The translations under genes were made by a program, and so were the position numbers. A stretch of 64,000 bases of DNA, taken from Mantamonas sphyraenae STR306 (Eukaryota; Protista; CRuMs). The stretch spans positions 124,001-188,000 of the forward strand of contig JAPMXV010000054.1 of NCBI GenBank assembly GCA_026936335.1. The letters run 5' to 3'. The notes beneath the pieces are model-generated. The model had not been told where the DNA came from and did not search any database. It saw nothing but the letters and a program-made list of their open reading frames with translations. Shown in pieces: positions 24,219 through 33,914 of the stretch (the stretch's first letter is position 1; each line of letters opens with the position of its first letter).

Positions 24219-27200
24219 TGGCAAGGGAAGCGGAAACACACAAGACGAAGACGCAGATGATGACGACGATGATAAGCGCCGTTCGCGCAGCCGTGGCAAA
24301 TCGTCGCACAGGAACGCGGGAGCAAGCAGCAGCAGCAGCAGCAGCAGCAGCGGCGGTGCAGGTGGGGACAACACGACCACCAACGCGGGATCGCATGGGA
24401 CGGGAAAGAGGAAACGCACGCCGAAGCGCATGTTGCGGTGGTATTCGATGGCAGAGTGTGCATGGGGAGAGGCGATTGTGGGCATGATCGAGCCCGGGGA
24501 GCAGGAAAAGAGCTTCCAGGACAAGCTGCGTCGCGAGGGCATCCAACATTTTGTGGCCGCATGCAAACACGCAGGCGACGCTGGGTCACGCGTGCTGTTT
24601 ATGGAGGCGGCCATGCAGTTTTGGAACGCAGCCAACCCGCTGATGGGCATGCAGGTGACACGGCAGGTGCTTCTGGCACCGCTGCAGACCATTGTGGCAC
24701 AGGTGCCGCGCAAAGGGGTTGCCTTGGGTCCGCGCGAAGAGGTTCCTGTGTTGGCGGAGCTGGAACAGCGTAGGCGCAAGCAGGAGGAGGCCGAGAGTGT
24801 GTTTCTGGTCTCTCTCTACCGCGTCATGTTTGACTGCCTCACCGATGCCTCGCGTTGGGAAGAGGGGATGCAAGTGGCCTCGCAGGCATTTGCAGTCATT
24901 CCCGTGGCGCACCACAAGTCGTTGTGGCAGGCCAAGATCGAGTTTATGAGTCGCGTCGGCCGCAATGTGACCGCGGACATGGCCAAGATCAAGGAGTATG
25001 ACGAAGAGACGCAGAGCAAGGTGTGGTTGACACTTGCGCGTGCATCCAGCAACAAGTTTGAGCAACTCAGTGCCTACCAGCAGGCAGTGGACATCCTGCA
25101 GGACCAGCCGTGGAAACAGATCCAGGTGATGATTGAGTTTGGCGAGTGGCTGTTTGACAACGACTTTCCCGCACAGGACGCCGAAGACCAACTGGAATCT
25201 GCAGTGGACATCCTGTTGGACATTGAGGAGGAGGCGGCGGCGGCGGCGGCGTCCGTGGCAGCAGGCGGTGTGGGTGGCGACGACGAGACGGCGTCGGTTG
25301 CATCGGGATCGGTGTACAGTGCATCAAGCATGGCACGCAGCAGCGTGGGTGGGATGAGATCGGCAGCAGCAGGCAGTGGGTCGATGCTGGGCACTGGAAA
25401 ACGCAGTCACCGACGAGCAACGGCAGGGCGGCGTGGAGGGAGCACAGCGAGGCGCACACGTTCCGTGGTGTCTGGTGAGGGCACGGTGACGACGACGACG
25501 GGCACAGGCGGAGGTGGCATGCAACAGCAGGCCACACAGTTGACCATCGAACAGCTGGAGATGCTGTGTCGCATCCATCTGATGCTGGTGAAGATGGCGG
25601 ATGACGAGGAACGGCGCGTGGATTTTGTGCTGCTTGCACACCATTACATGCTGCGCATGTGGCAGACAACGGTGCGCACAGCAAACGAGGTGGAGGCGCT
25701 CAACAAGCACCTGGCGTCGGGTGAAAGCACCAACACAGAGGTTGTGGGACGTCCGGGGGTGGGATTGCGTGGCCTGCCTGTGGAAGAGGTGCACACGCTG
25801 CCGGTAGAATTGGCAGACTGGCTGGAATGGCGGCCAAGCGCCGCTCTCCTTGCATTGCTGCAGGACAATGACAGCGGACGCAGCGGACACCGCAACGCAT
25901 ACATGCTGGGCAAACACACGTTGCCTCGTCCCGATCTGTTGCAACACTACCTGTTGTATCTGTACGACACGCTGGAGGCGCAGCAGATGCAGTTGCACCA
26001 ACTGCCCGTGCTTGAGTTGCAACACCTGCTTGCCACCCACGTGCTGGACATGCCCGAGATGAGCCGTGTGGTGCACTTGCGTCGCGCCGTGCTCCTCTAT
26101 GCCATGAATCAACCGGCGTTGGGTGCACAGGCACGCGAGGCCGCCGGCGACGTGCGCATCACACCCGCCGAACGCATCCGTCACGCAGAAGACATCAAGC
26201 AGTACCAACAGATCAAAGCATTTGCAGGTGTGGACAACAAGGCGTCGTTGGGCGAGACCACAACCTCCCGAGAGGAGGTGGAGGAGGAGGAGGGCAAGTA
26301 TCTGCGTGCGGTGCGAGCTCACCAGGCGTGGCTGTGGATGGGTCGCAGTCTCGCCCAATTGGGTGAATTCAAATTGGCAGCCCATTTGTTGCAGGCGGCA
26401 GAGGAGCAGGCCCGCGCGTACGACGACCACGCGTGTTTGGCAAGGGTGTTGATGGCGCGTGCGCAATTGGTGCGTGTGTACCTGGACGACGTGGATGGGG
26501 CGGTTGCCATGCTGGAGGAGGCGCAGGAGCAGTACGCAGACATGGACTTTTGGCGGGACAGCAGCGTGCTTCTGGTGGAGTTGATGGTGGAGAGCGACGG
26601 GGTGCCCGCGGCAGAGGGCAAGCTCACACGCACGCTGGAGGCCATGGAGACGGTGGGCCAGCAGCGACCCAATGCCCAGAAGCAAGTGACACGCTGCCTG
26701 GGTGCGCTGCAACACGCCATGACTCGTCTGCTTCTGCACGAGGTGCGTTTCTTGGCAGGAAACGGCAGCCCGTTTGCCGATCGGTTGCGCGACGCCGTGG
26801 CTCACCTGGCACACAGTGAGCGCATGCTGAGGGATGTGCACGATCACCAGCAGTTGAGTGAGGTGTTGGTGGCCCATGCCGAACTGTTGCTGTCGCCGCT
26901 GTGTGCGCCTGCAAACCCGTCGCTTCTGGAGGAGCGCCATCGCATCGGGGTGCAGGCGTTGCAGCTGTTGGGAGAAGCCATGCGGTGTGCAGAGACGGTG
27001 TTGCGTCGCGTGACTCCGCCTGGGATGGGGCGTCAGGTGCACCTTGCGGCGGTGGGTCATCTTGCAGGGATCAAGGTGCGTGTGGCACGTGTGGAATTGA
27101 TGCTGGGTGCGTTGGAGGCAGACATGAAGGCAGAGGAGCAACGCAACAGGAGTGTGGAGCAGGTGTTGCAGGAGGTGTATCTGTACGATGACGACGAGCG

Positions 27201-29862
27201 CGAGGCACTGAAAGAGGCCAACCGTGCACCCACCCTCAGTCACGACGAGCGTGCCTTGACCCTGGCCACGGCCGCATACAACCTTGTTGCCGCCGTGCCT
27301 GCCCTGTGTGCAGACGCTCAGTTGGCAGTGGGTCAATGCATGCTCGCCATTGCCGATCGACGCGGCGTCCTGGACGGCATCTGGGCCAGCCGCGACGATG
27401 TCGTCAGCCACGAGACAGCCACACACAGCCATGGCACGGGTAAAGGTGGCGACGAAGACGAGCAAGGAGAGGCAAACAAGGAGGAGGACGAGACATCAAC
27501 GGCTCAGGCATCCGCGGATGCAAGGGCGAGCAACGCAGAAGCGTCGCAAGCAGGAGATGAGACAGGAAACGGAGATGACAAGGTTCGTGAGGAGCTGAAA
27601 CAGGTGCTGTTGAAGGCGAAGGAGGAGGTGGAATCGAGTGTGCACATGGCCAGCAGCGAAGACGTGGCGTTTCTTGGGGAGGCAGCAGAAGTGCTGTTGT
27701 CTGCGTTGGAGACGGCCAGGAGCCTGGGTCAGCTGGATGTGATCCAGGGTGCATCGATGGCACTGGCCGAGTGCTACGGAGTGGCCATCGACCCGTGGAT
27801 GACGGCAGAGGCGCTTGTGGCAGCACGGAGCGCAGCGTTTGCCCAGTTTGGTCGGCAGGTGTTTCTGGATGCGTGCGGCCGTGGCAACCGGGAAAAGTTG
27901 TTCTTTTGGCAACGGATGCACCTGGAGAGGGGACTGGTGGCAGCCCAGGAGACACAGGCGTACAAACGCAACGCAGCGTACCTTGTGCAACACAGCGAGG
28001 TGTGGGCACGCAGTCAGGTGAGCGATTCGTTGGAGGAGATGCGTGTGCTGTTGCCTGCGGGAGTGCAGGTGTTGCAGTTGGACGTGAGTGGCGACGGACG
28101 CCATTTGATGGTGGCCATGGTCAGCGAACAGGCCGATGCCACGCGTGTGATGCGTTTGCCCCTCGATCAACAGCTACTGGCTCGGGTGCATGCCAACCAC
28201 ACCCGTTTCCGTCGCATGGTTCACAGGTCCATGTTTCGCCATGCAAAGGCCGCCGCTGCGGTGTCGTCTGCAGGCAAGCGACGTGCTGCCAAATTGGCAG
28301 CCGCAGCCTCGGCATCGGGTGGCGCTGGTGGTGGCGCTGGTGCTGGAGGAGGAGGAGGGGACGACGACGAAGAGTATGGGTATGCACTGGGAGACGATGA
28401 GGATGGGGCAGGCACGGGCGAGGTGTTGGATGTGTCATACATCCCGCGACCGAGCACAGCAGCAGGCAGCGGTGCGGCGGCAGTGTTTGCAGCCAAACAG
28501 GCCGATGCGGCGCGCAAACGATTGGTGCGTCACTTGGCCAGCGACGATGCGTCGACGGTGATGAGTGGGGAGTTGATGGCGTATGATCCGGGGCAGTTGA
28601 GTTTTGTGCAGGCGGCGTTTGATGAAGTGGTGCGTGGGCTGGACGAATTGCTGGCAGGTGTGACGCAGGAAGTGAGTGCCGCGTATGCAAGTGTGCCATT
28701 CCATGCGCTGGTCCTGCTGGCCAACGAGCGCGTGTTTGCAGAGTTGCCTCTGGAGGCATTGCCGTACCTGCGCCTGTTGGCCGATCGCAACGGCGTGTGC
28801 ATCTCGCGTGACTTTTCCATGCACATGCTGGCACACAGGGTGCGTGCGTTGGGCAACCCCATTGTCGGTGGCGCTGCTGGCACACGTGCTGTCAGTGCCA
28901 CGGGAAGCACACGCAGCAGCGAATCCGCTGGCAAGAGTGGTGGCGGTGGTCGTGCTTCCCGACGCTCTGGTGGCAGCGGCAGCAAGCAATCCTCGCAGAC
29001 CCAACAACAACAGACAGCGCAACAGACACAGGGCCAAGACGAGGTGGCGGCATGGACGTTGGACTGGTCGACTCTGCAGTACATTGTGGACCCGCACGAC
29101 GAGGACGAAAAGGTGGTGAATGTGTCGCTGCGTGAGAGTGCTCGCATGGCGGAGGTGTGGGATGAGGTGAGCGCGCAGCATCGTCCTCAGGCACACGGCA
29201 GCAGCAGCAGCAGCAGCAGCAACAAGGCAAGCAAGCAGACACAGTCACAGACGACGGGGTGGCAGGGGGTGGTGGGTACGCAGCATGTGCCCAGCAATGG
29301 CGAGTGGCAACGTGCGCTGGCCACAGGCAATGCGTTTGTGTACCTTGGACTCAACCGTCTGCTGGGCTACTGTCAGGCCCAGGACGTAGCTGGCATGAAC
29401 CTGGGTGCCTGTCAGTTGGCCCTGCTGGCGGATGGCGTGGAGAACGAATTGTCGCGACGCAGACAGCTGAAGCTGGACGTGCAAGCCAACGCCCAGCAAA
29501 AGAGGCTGGAACAACCCGTGCACACGGCTGCCCTTCTCTCCATCCACGGTGTCCAGAGTGTGTGTGTGAACCAATGGCACACAGACGCAGACGCAAACGC
29601 ACAACTGATCAAGGGCACCTTTGCCGCCCTCAAGCGTGGCGAGCTTCTCGCGTGCGCCGTCCGCGCGTCGTTGACACCGGCAGCAGAGGCGATGTCTTCT
29701 TCTTCGGCTGCCGGTGGCGCTGCTGACAAGGAGGATGCCAGTGAGACTGGTGTCTTGGCAGAAGGGGCGGCGCAGGCGGAGGAGGAGGCGGCGGATGAGG
29801 AAGCGCTGCTCTTTCGTCGTTTCAACCCTGTTGTGTATGGAGTGGGCGTCATGCGCGTGTAG
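21008..29862 (+). CDS. CFAP46: Cilia- and flagella-associated protein 46 (central-pair projection); intron 21197-21372
   Basis: EVFVLCAETALE|LG...YFHSQPPNNQFYCRALFCRA, YDFLLYNTSVLFWRLVRP, LWNLSMPLLQPNLR, EFGEWLFDNDFP, ISRDFSMHML, CHAT-like C-terminus; about 2900 aa. Confidence 0.9.
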
Positions 29863-30084
29863 AGGGCGAACCAGGAGGGAGGGAGGGTGTGTGTGTGTGT
29901 GTGAGGAATTGGACGAAGCAAAAGAGGCAATGGACACCACAGGCATGGGAATGGGAATCTGTGCTGATCAGTTGCTTCTCTTTCTCGACAGGGCGTTGCG
30001 CAGACGACCAACGGAATGCAGCACGCGTCGGAAGTATCTGTTGAGTGCAAATGTCATCATGTCACTCACATCCTCCTGCTGTGT

Positions 30085-30846
30085 TCATGTGTGGTGGGGG
30101 GAATCCAATCCAAAGAAAACACTCACCTCGGCAAACCGCCGCGAGTCTCGGCGTCTCCTGGCGAGCCCTTCCAGCCAAGCATCCAACGCCGATGCCTGTG
30201 TGTTGCTCAGGGATTCGCCCTGCTGTGCCTCGTCGTATTGTGATTGGCTGACATCATCATCATCATCATCGTCACTCGAGGGAAGCCCCTCGTCGTCGTC
30301 TTGGGTGCGTCGTCTTCGCTTGCGCGTGTGGCTCTCCTCAGAGTTCAGGTGAGCCTGCAGGCCCGTCCAGAACGCAGGGGTGCGGACAAAGCGCAAGGCT
30401 GGGTCCAATCCACTGTGTGGGTCTGCCACCACGTGTACGTTGACACTGTGTTGTTGGATGCGATGCAGCGAGCGAGTGTTGAACATTTCGGCAAGCCACC
30501 TTTCGTCATCGTCAGGCAGCAGCAGCACTTCCTCGTCGTCTTCCCCTTGCCCATCATTGCCCACCTCCACAGGAAGACGCACCTGGACCACACCCTTGGA
30601 CAGGAAGCGCACAGGCGAGGTGTGGTCCATGTTGTCGTTGTCGTTGTCGTTGTTGGCAGCAGCTTCGTGCGTCGTGCTGCTGATCTGCTTCCGTTTCCGC
30701 TTGTTCTGTCGCCCCTTCTTGCCACGTTGTCGTTGGCTGCCATTTCTTCCGCCTTCCTCGTCCAACTCTTCCTCCTCCTCCTCTGTGCTGTCCAGCAGTC
30801 GCTTCGCTGCACGCAACAGGTGCAAATCCTGACGCGGCAGCGGCAT
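30085..30846 (-). CDS. Hypothetical protein with basic NLS-like and acidic tracts (3' exons uncertain)
   Basis: Coding-like ORF; donor GTGAGT after ...RRFAE suggests further exons. Confidence 0.5.
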   Translation of the reverse strand: MPLPRQDLHLLRAAKRLLDSTEEEEEELDEEGGRNGSQRQRGKKGRQNKRKRKQISSTTHEAAANNDNDNDNMDHTSPVRFLSKGVVQVRLPVEVGNDGQGEDDEEVLLLPDDDERWLAEMFNTRSLHRIQQHSVNVHVVADPHSGLDPALRFVRTPAFWTGLQAHLNSEESHTRKRRRRTQDDDEGLPSSDDDDDDDVSQSQYDEAQQGESLSNTQASALDAWLEGLARRRRDSRRFAEVSVFFGLDSPHHT

Positions 30847-31040
30847 TTCCCCCCTTCCTCCAACAATGCGCGTGCGGGAATACTTGGGTGCCCTGCCTCA
30901 CATCCAACCCTCCTCTTTCTTTCCCATCCACCCACCCACCCAACCACCCACCACCCACCCACACACTCACACCACAAAGTGAGTGCAATGAACGCAGGGG
31001 TTGGCGGCTGGGCAAGCAACCCATCCCCCCCCTTGCTCGC

Positions 31041-32750
31041 ATGCGTGGTGCAACCACTGTTGTCTTGACACTGTGTGCGTTGGCATGCACCGTGGTGGCA
31101 TTGACACACGGCAACGAGTATGCCTGGTCGTTTGGGGTGGCAGATGACAACGGAGGGGCCGGCGCTGCTGGGTCGGCTGCCTCCGATTCCGTCCCGGCGT
31201 GGTACCAGGGTCACAGCCTGCCACTGAGCGAGTCGGACCAGAGTCGATGGGACTCGTTCCGTCGGTGGGCCGAAAGCAAGCGTGTGCGCTGGTACAATCT
31301 GGAGCTGGGACGCTTCGGGGGCACCGACCGAGGTCTGCGAGCCAGCCGCCGTGTGCGTCAAGGGGAAGTGCTGTGTGCGGTGCCACGCACACTGTTGCTC
31401 AACAGTACGGCACTGTTGGAAAGCCAGCCTTTGTTGCGAGGCATTGTAGAGGGCATTCCGGGTGATTTGGAGGCGAGCAAACGGCCGCAGAGCAGCGATG
31501 TGCTTGCCCTGTGGCTGGTGTTGGAAACACGTCTGCGGGGAGCCCAATCGACATACCATCCGTACCTGGAGATGCTACCCTCACCAAGGGACTTTGTGGA
31601 TGTGACCAGCATGTCGGAAGAGAGCATGAAGTTGCTGGAGGGGTCGTCGGCACCGCAGTGGATCCGAGCGTACCAGGAGTGGAACCGACACACCTTTGAC
31701 CTGTTTTTCCGCAACAATGCCTACATCAAAGCACGCCCCAAACTCAACATCGTCACCTTTGACCAATGGCAATGGGCCATGATGGTGGTGCGTTCGCGCA
31801 CGTTTTCGTTTCGCAACTCGGACGACGACGACGACGATGCGGCGGAGGAGGATCATCAACAACAACCACAACAAGAAAAACAACAACAGGCAACCGCAGA
31901 GGGCGGTGGCATGGGTGAGAAGGGCACCCGAGGACGACAGAGTGGTGGTACGTTTGGATCGTCGGGCAGGCTGGTGAACGGGGTGGTGGGGCATGATGAC
32001 GAATCGTTGCTGCTGGTGCCGTTTGCGGATCTGTTCAACACGGATCCCAGTGCTCCGTTGGGCATTTGGCGAGTGGAGGGTGATGAGTTGGTGTTTCGGT
32101 CGCCTCAGAACTACGAGCAGGGGAGTGAGGTGCGGTTGAACTACCACGTGATGGCCAACATGCACCTCATGCTGTACTATGGCTTTGTGTTGCGCAACCA
32201 CCAGCAGGAACAAGTGTGGTTCCAACTGCCGCCTCTGTCCGACTCGGTGCCCAATGCACCGCGCAAACGGGCGCTGCTGCGACGCGAGGGACGGGTGCAC
32301 GGAGGCGACAACACAGCACAGGCCACTTTTCTGAAAACAGGCTACGATGGCAGCTTGGTGGCTTACATGCGTGTGGTGCAACTGGATGAGGCCGAGTTGC
32401 GTGCGTACACACCGTACGCCTCGTCTCGGCTCATCAGCTTGCCCAACGAACTTCGCGTCTTGCACGCCATCGAACGCATCGCCAAACGCATGCTGCGTGG
32501 CTACGGTGCAACCAGTGTGGAGGAAGACGAAGCACTGTTGGACGCCTCGCCTGCACCCGATTGGATGGGTGCCATGGAGCGCATGTGTGTGGTGGTGCGC
32601 ATGGAAGAGAAAAAGACCCTGCAGCTGACTCTCGACAGACTGCGCCGGGACATTCGCCACTTTCGACGCCAGGTGGAACAGGAGACGAGGAAGCAGCAGA
32701 GGAACAAACAAGGGAGGGCAAAGAGGCAAGTGTCAGGCAATGGCAGGTGA
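31041..32750 (+). CDS. SET-domain protein of the SETD3/Rubisco-LSMT class with an N-terminal signal peptide
   Basis: GTDRGLRA...GEVLCAVP, YHPYLEMLP, WAMMVVRSR, LVPFADLFN, VRLNY...LMLYYGF, followed by an LSMT substrate-binding domain (TSVEEDEALL...RMEEK). N-terminus MRGATTVVLTLCALACTVVALTHG. Confidence 0.85.
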   Translation: MRGATTVVLTLCALACTVVALTHGNEYAWSFGVADDNGGAGAAGSAASDSVPAWYQGHSLPLSESDQSRWDSFRRWAESKRVRWYNLELGRFGGTDRGLRASRRVRQGEVLCAVPRTLLLNSTALLESQPLLRGIVEGIPGDLEASKRPQSSDVLALWLVLETRLRGAQSTYHPYLEMLPSPRDFVDVTSMSEESMKLLEGSSAPQWIRAYQEWNRHTFDLFFRNNAYIKARPKLNIVTFDQWQWAMMVVRSRTFSFRNSDDDDDDAAEEDHQQQPQQEKQQQATAEGGGMGEKGTRGRQSGGTFGSSGRLVNGVVGHDDESLLLVPFADLFNTDPSAPLGIWRVEGDELVFRSPQNYEQGSEVRLNYHVMANMHLMLYYGFVLRNHQQEQVWFQLPPLSDSVPNAPRKRALLRREGRVHGGDNTAQATFLKTGYDGSLVAYMRVVQLDEAELRAYTPYASSRLISLPNELRVLHAIERIAKRMLRGYGATSVEEDEALLDASPAPDWMGAMERMCVVVRMEEKKTLQLTLDRLRRDIRHFRRQVEQETRKQQRNKQGRAKRQVSGNGR

Positions 32751-32814
32751 GGAAACGACCAACATCGAATGGAATTGTTGAAAAACCACCAATCATGGTC
32801 ATCATTGTCATCGT

Positions 32815-33783
32815 TCACGACAGTGTGGACAGCAGATGGGTGGTGAGATCGTTGTAAATGAGCCAGAAAAAGGTAGCGTAGCCAACATGCCAGATGGCAT
32901 GACTGTGGACGTGGTAGTCAAAGGTGCGGGTGAGAAACACCTCTGGGATTTTGAGGACAAAGATGGCCAGGGCCAGGGCGAGAATGACGATTGCCTGGAT
33001 GGGTTGGGTGTGGAAACGACCATACTCCATGACGTAGTGGGGCAGGGTGAGCAGGGTGGTGACACTGATGTTGGTGAACAGCAACCCTTTGGGGCACTCC
33101 CGCCAGTGCAGGGTACGCCACACCAACACATAGCCTGCCGTCAGTGATAGCAACCCAAAGGCCATGCGGAATCCTGTGGTGGGATCCAGGGCAAAGTCAT
33201 CGCCAAGGAGCCAGGAGAGGGTGAGGGGCCAGTTGGAGGCCACCGCCACCAGGAAGCCTCCCAGGGCCACGTTGATGCCAAACAGATCGATGATGGTCCA
33301 ATGATGGTAGTAAGGCGTGGAGCAGAAGATGTGATAGCACGCGGTGAGGATGAAGTTGACGTGGAGGGCAGAGATGCCCGTTTCCAGACCTCGGTACGCC
33401 AGTGTGGCACGTTGGCTGGGACTGAACAGCGAGTGGACCCGTGTATGTAACCAAACATTGTAGCAGAGACTAAGGAGGGATGTCCAAATGTTGCTGCTCT
33501 CATTGCTCCACGTGTACAGCAGCCGGAGGGCTTGTCGATGCGAGCTGAACCTGTGGAACCCCTTTCGCATGAATTTGTTCTTGTGCACGTGTGCTGGCGC
33601 CCGTTCAGACTCGAATGCAACTGTGTGGAGGGAGAACATGCTTGCACTGCGCATGGAAGGCAGTGAGCGCACGTCGTCGCTGTCCCTGTCGTCGTTTTCG
33701 GCGTGGATGTCGTCCGGTGTCGTCTCTCCGTCCTCCGAAGTGGCCTTGCGTTGCCGCACGCTTTTACGTGAGGCGTGCACCAT
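32815..33783 (-). CDS. PAQR/adiponectin-receptor (HlyIII) family 7TM protein
   Basis: NKFMRKGF, SNESSNIWT, YHIFC, IDLFGI, IPEVF...FDY..HSHAIWH (zinc-binding His motif). Confidence 0.9.
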   Translation of the reverse strand: MVHASRKSVRQRKATSEDGETTPDDIHAENDDRDSDDVRSLPSMRSASMFSLHTVAFESERAPAHVHKNKFMRKGFHRFSSHRQALRLLYTWSNESSNIWTSLLSLCYNVWLHTRVHSLFSPSQRATLAYRGLETGISALHVNFILTACYHIFCSTPYYHHWTIIDLFGINVALGGFLVAVASNWPLTLSWLLGDDFALDPTTGFRMAFGLLSLTAGYVLVWRTLHWRECPKGLLFTNISVTTLLTLPHYVMEYGRFHTQPIQAIVILALALAIFVLKIPEVFLTRTFDYHVHSHAIWHVGYATFFWLIYNDLTTHLLSTLS

Positions 33784-33914
33784 GATGGATGCAGTGCAAT
33801 GGCGATTCTAGATCGGTGTGTGGTGTGTGTACCTGTGTTCCTGTGTCCTGTGTCCTGTGCAGGAGGCGTGAATTGCGGTGTTTCGGACGGCGCCGCTTCC
33901 ACCACACCCGCGAG

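Noticed and set aside
24190-24350. (AGC)n tracts and similar (GAC)n, (GAG)n, (AATGGC)n tracts in CDSs
   Set aside because: Ordinary slippage-derived low-complexity linkers found throughout the window.
28700-29862. CHAT/separase-like protease domain at the CFAP46 C-terminus
   Set aside because: Appears to be the normal CFAP46 C-terminal region, and no catalytic His-Gly/Cys dyad is evident (YLGLN).
30070-30078. 9-nt microexon (cag|CAGGAGGAT|gtgagt on the minus strand)
   Set aside because: Splice signals are plausible, but the phase does not join the most protein-like downstream frame; unresolved without cDNA.
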